Origin: Conidiobolus incongruus B7586 | Taxonomy: Eukaryota | NCBI GenBank assembly: GCA_000697335.1 | Contig: JNEM01010205.1 | Location: forward strand, 1 to 38,829 | Reading direction: 5' to 3' | DNA: 38,829 nucleotides | In this document: one piece after another, positions 36,342 through 38,829 of the stretch | How the letters are laid out: each line of letters starts with the position of its first letter | Numbering within the stretch: position 1 is the first letter of the stretch | The notes under the pieces: model-generated | Databases searched by the model: none | What the model was told of the DNA's origin: nothing | The model's input: only the letters and a program-made list of their open reading frames with translations | Program-made: the position numbers and the translations under genes

Positions 36342-36934
36342 TTGTAAAATATTCACTATTTAAATGTAAATTATTAAATATTAAATAGAATATTAATGCT
36401 TGACTATGTTAATTCAATTGCATTCTAAGAAATAATACTAAATTGTTATTACTATGATTTCAGTCATATATATTAGTAAGTACATTATATTTGTTAAATG
36501 TATTCAAATTTTATATAAATCCAAAAAAATTAAATGCTATTTAGATATATTCCAGTTAATATACAATTAATGGAGAAATTTTATGCAATCTGAGAATTGC
36601 AATATTGCAAAAGGAAATAATCAAAAATCAATTGATATTAAATTTGAAAAATGATATAATGTTTGGTTGTTGTATTTTAATAACAAGACTTTTAAAAATA
36701 TTATGATCATATTTTCTAATAAGGATGTACCTTAACTGGTTTGCACATTATATTTAACTCTATTTGACAGTAAGAATAAGTATATTTTAGCCATATCAGT
36801 GTGGCATTATTAAATTTAACACAAGACGCCAATTCGCCCAATCAATTATTCTTTAAGTCTTTTATATATAAATCTGAGACGTTCAATATATTGCTCAGTA
36901 ATATACATTTGGAGATTGTGATAATACTGGGAAC

Positions 36935-38829
36935 ATGAAAATTATCAATATAGTTATAACTGCTGCTTTGCTCGGAGCTGGACTCACCAAACCTCTTCCA
37001 GGAGGAAGTAATCAAACTTACCAATCCAATAAATCTGGACAATCAGAGAAGAAAGAAGAAACAAAAGAGAATGAAATAACCAAAAATTCCAATGGTATTT
37101 TCAATATGAATACCATGTTCGAGCAACTTATGAATCAATATCAAAAGTCTGGTTTTTCTGCTGAAAGCGATTCATCATCAAATTCATCTAACGGTTACCC
37201 TGTGAAACCAGCACCCGAAACTCCATCTACTGGCTATCCAATTCCCTCTGAAACTCCATCTAGCGGCTATCCTGTAAAGCCACCGCCCGAAACCCCATCC
37301 ACCAGCCCCCCAATTCCATCTGAAACCCCATCTAGCGGTTATCCTGTAAAGCCACCACCCGAAACTCCATCTACCAGCTCCCCAATTCCATCTGAAACTC
37401 CATCTAGTGGTTATCCTGTCAAGCCACCTGAAGTTCCTCCTAAGAAGGATTGCGGCTGTACCGAAAATTCATCTAATAATTCCTCTAATGACTCAAGCTC
37501 ATCAGAGAATTCTTCCAACAATTCGAACTCATCTGAATCCTCTAACAACAACTCGAGCTCTTCTGAGAACTCTGACAACAATTCTAGCTCATCTGAATCC
37601 TCTAACAACAACTCGAGCTCTTCTGAATCCTCTAATAACAACTCGAGCTCTTCTGAGAACTCTGACAACAATTCTAGCTCATCTGAATCCTCTAACAACA
37701 ATTCAAGCGCTTCTGAGGACTCGGACAATAATTCAAGTTCCTCAGAAAATTCATCTAACGACTCAAGCTCATCTGAAAATTCCAACAACGATTCAAACTC
37801 ATCAGAAAGTTCCAATTCTTCAGATAATTCAAGCTCTGAAAATTCCTCTGACAACTCAAACTCATCGGAGAACTCCAACAGCGATTCGTCTAGCAACTCA
37901 AATTCATCTGATAGCTCCAACGACAGCTCAAGCTCTTCTGAGAACTCCAGTGACAATTCGAACTCGTCTGAAAACTCCAACGACACCTCAAATTCCTCCG
38001 AAAACTCATCAGATAGCTCCAACAGCAGTTCATCTGATAATTCAAACTCATCCCAAAATAACAATAATAATTCTTCCGACTCCGAAAATACTGGAGAAGA
38101 TACATCTAATAATTCTACCGGCAATAACTCAGACACTAACTCCTCCAACTCTAATAACAGCTCCAACTCCTCTGACAACATTTCTAACTCCTCAAACAAC
38201 AACTCCTCTAATACCAATAACAACTATGACTCCTCTGATAACAACAGTTCTAATTCTTCTAACAGCAACAACAGCTCCAACTCCTCGAACAACAACAACT
38301 CCAACTCCTCGAACAACAGTTCTTCTAACTCAAACAACAATTCTAACTCCAACAATAACTCGAACTCTTCTAACAATAGTTCCAATAACAACTCCACTGG
38401 AAACAATTCCTCTAACTCCAATAACAACTCAAGCTCATCTAACAACAATTCCAACTCTTCGAACAACAGCTCTAACTCCTCTAACAACAGTTCCTCTAAC
38501 TCAAACAACAGCTCCAACTCCTCTAACAACAGTTCTTCTAACTCAAACAACAATTCTAACTCCAACAATAACTCGAACTCTTCTAACAATAGCTCCTCTA
38601 ACAACTCCACTGGAAACAATTCCTCTAATTCTAATAATAACTCAAGCTCATCTAACAACAATTCCAACTCTTCGAACAACAGCTCTAACTCCTCTAACAA
38701 CAGTTCCTCTAACTCAAACAACAGCTCCAACTCCTCTAACAACAGTTCTTCTAACTCAAACAACAATTCTAACTCCAACAATAACTCGAACTCTTCTAAC
38801 AATAGCTCCTCTAACAACTCCACTGGAAA
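36935..38829 (+). CDS. Secreted Pro-rich then Ser/Asn-rich repeat protein; 3' end runs off the window
   Basis: ATG at 36935 gives signal-like MKIINIVITAALLGAGLT-KPL. GYPVKPPPETPS repeats, KKDCGC and S/N/E/D-rich repeats follow. No stop was seen before the window end, which explains its absence from the ORF track. Confidence 0.85.
   Translation, partial: MKIINIVITAALLGAGLTKPLPGGSNQTYQSNKSGQSEKKEETKENEITKNSNGIFNMNTMFEQLMNQYQKSGFSAESDSSSNSSNGYPVKPAPETPSTGYPIPSETPSSGYPVKPPPETPSTSPPIPSETPSSGYPVKPPPETPSTSSPIPSETPSSGYPVKPPEVPPKKDCGCTENSSNNSSNDSSSSENSSNNSNSSESSNNNSSSSENSDNNSSSSESSNNNSSSSESSNNNSSSSENSDNNSSSSESSNNNSSASEDSDNNSSSSENSSNDSSSSENSNNDSNSSESSNSSDNSSSENSSDNSNSSENSNSDSSSNSNSSDSSNDSSSSSENSSDNSNSSENSNDTSNSSENSSDSSNSSSSDNSNSSQNNNNNSSDSENTGEDTSNNSTGNNSDTNSSNSNNSSNSSDNISNSSNNNSSNTNNNYDSSDNNSSNSSNSNNSSNSSNNNNSNSSNNSSSNSNNNSNSNNNSNSSNNSSNNNSTGNNSSNSNNNSSSSNNNSNSSNNSSNSSNNSSSNSNNSSNSSNNSSSNSNNNSNSNNNSNSSNNSSSNNSTGNNSSNSNNNSSSSNNNSNSSNNSSNSSNNSSSNSNNSSNSSNNSSSNSNNNSNSNNNSNSSNNSSSNNSTG
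37193..37435 (+). repeat. 72-nt (24-aa) coding tandem repeat, about 3.4 copies
   Basis: GYPVKP starts recur at about 37193, 37265, 37337 and 37409. Confidence 0.9.
38260..38829 (+). repeat. 213-nt (71-aa) coding tandem repeat
   Basis: ACTCCACTGGAAA recurs at 38391, 38604 and 38817, with near-identical sequence in between. Confidence 0.9.

Noticed and set aside
37411..38823. Minus-strand Leu/Glu-rich ORFs
   Set aside because: Antisense shadows of the Ser/Asn-rich gene starting at 36935.

Overview
AT-rich, intron-containing eukaryotic DNA with short GT-AG introns of roughly 50-100 nt. Gene content and style suggest an early-diverging fungus, possibly Conidiobolus-like Entomophthoromycotina; this is inference only. 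In order, the window holds: a 3'-truncated RPS23 copy, tRNA-Phe(GAA), a low-complexity hypothetical protein, an F-box/LRR-like gene, and a 5-exon phosphorylase-kinase alpha/beta-like gene with an inserted ILEI/GG-type domain. Next come a 7-exon PAS hybrid histidine kinase, RPL7 (uL30), a second inverted RPS23 copy, a 6-exon Josephin deubiquitinase that the ORF track largely misses, and tRNA-Val(TAC). The last part has a secreted Asn-rich protein with a 1-nt frameshift, an ADIP/SSX2IP/Msd1-like gene, a solo LTR, and a second secreted Ser/Asn-rich repeat protein that runs off the end. RPL7 intron 2 hosts a C/D snoRNA and intron 1 folds into a roughly 330-nt multibranch structure. The best leads are that intron 1 RNA, the PhK-ILEI fusion, a Kex2-flanked amphipathic peptide in the Asn-rich protein, and polarised identity between the two RPS23 copies. 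All gene models and helices were read by eye; no searches or folding programs were run.
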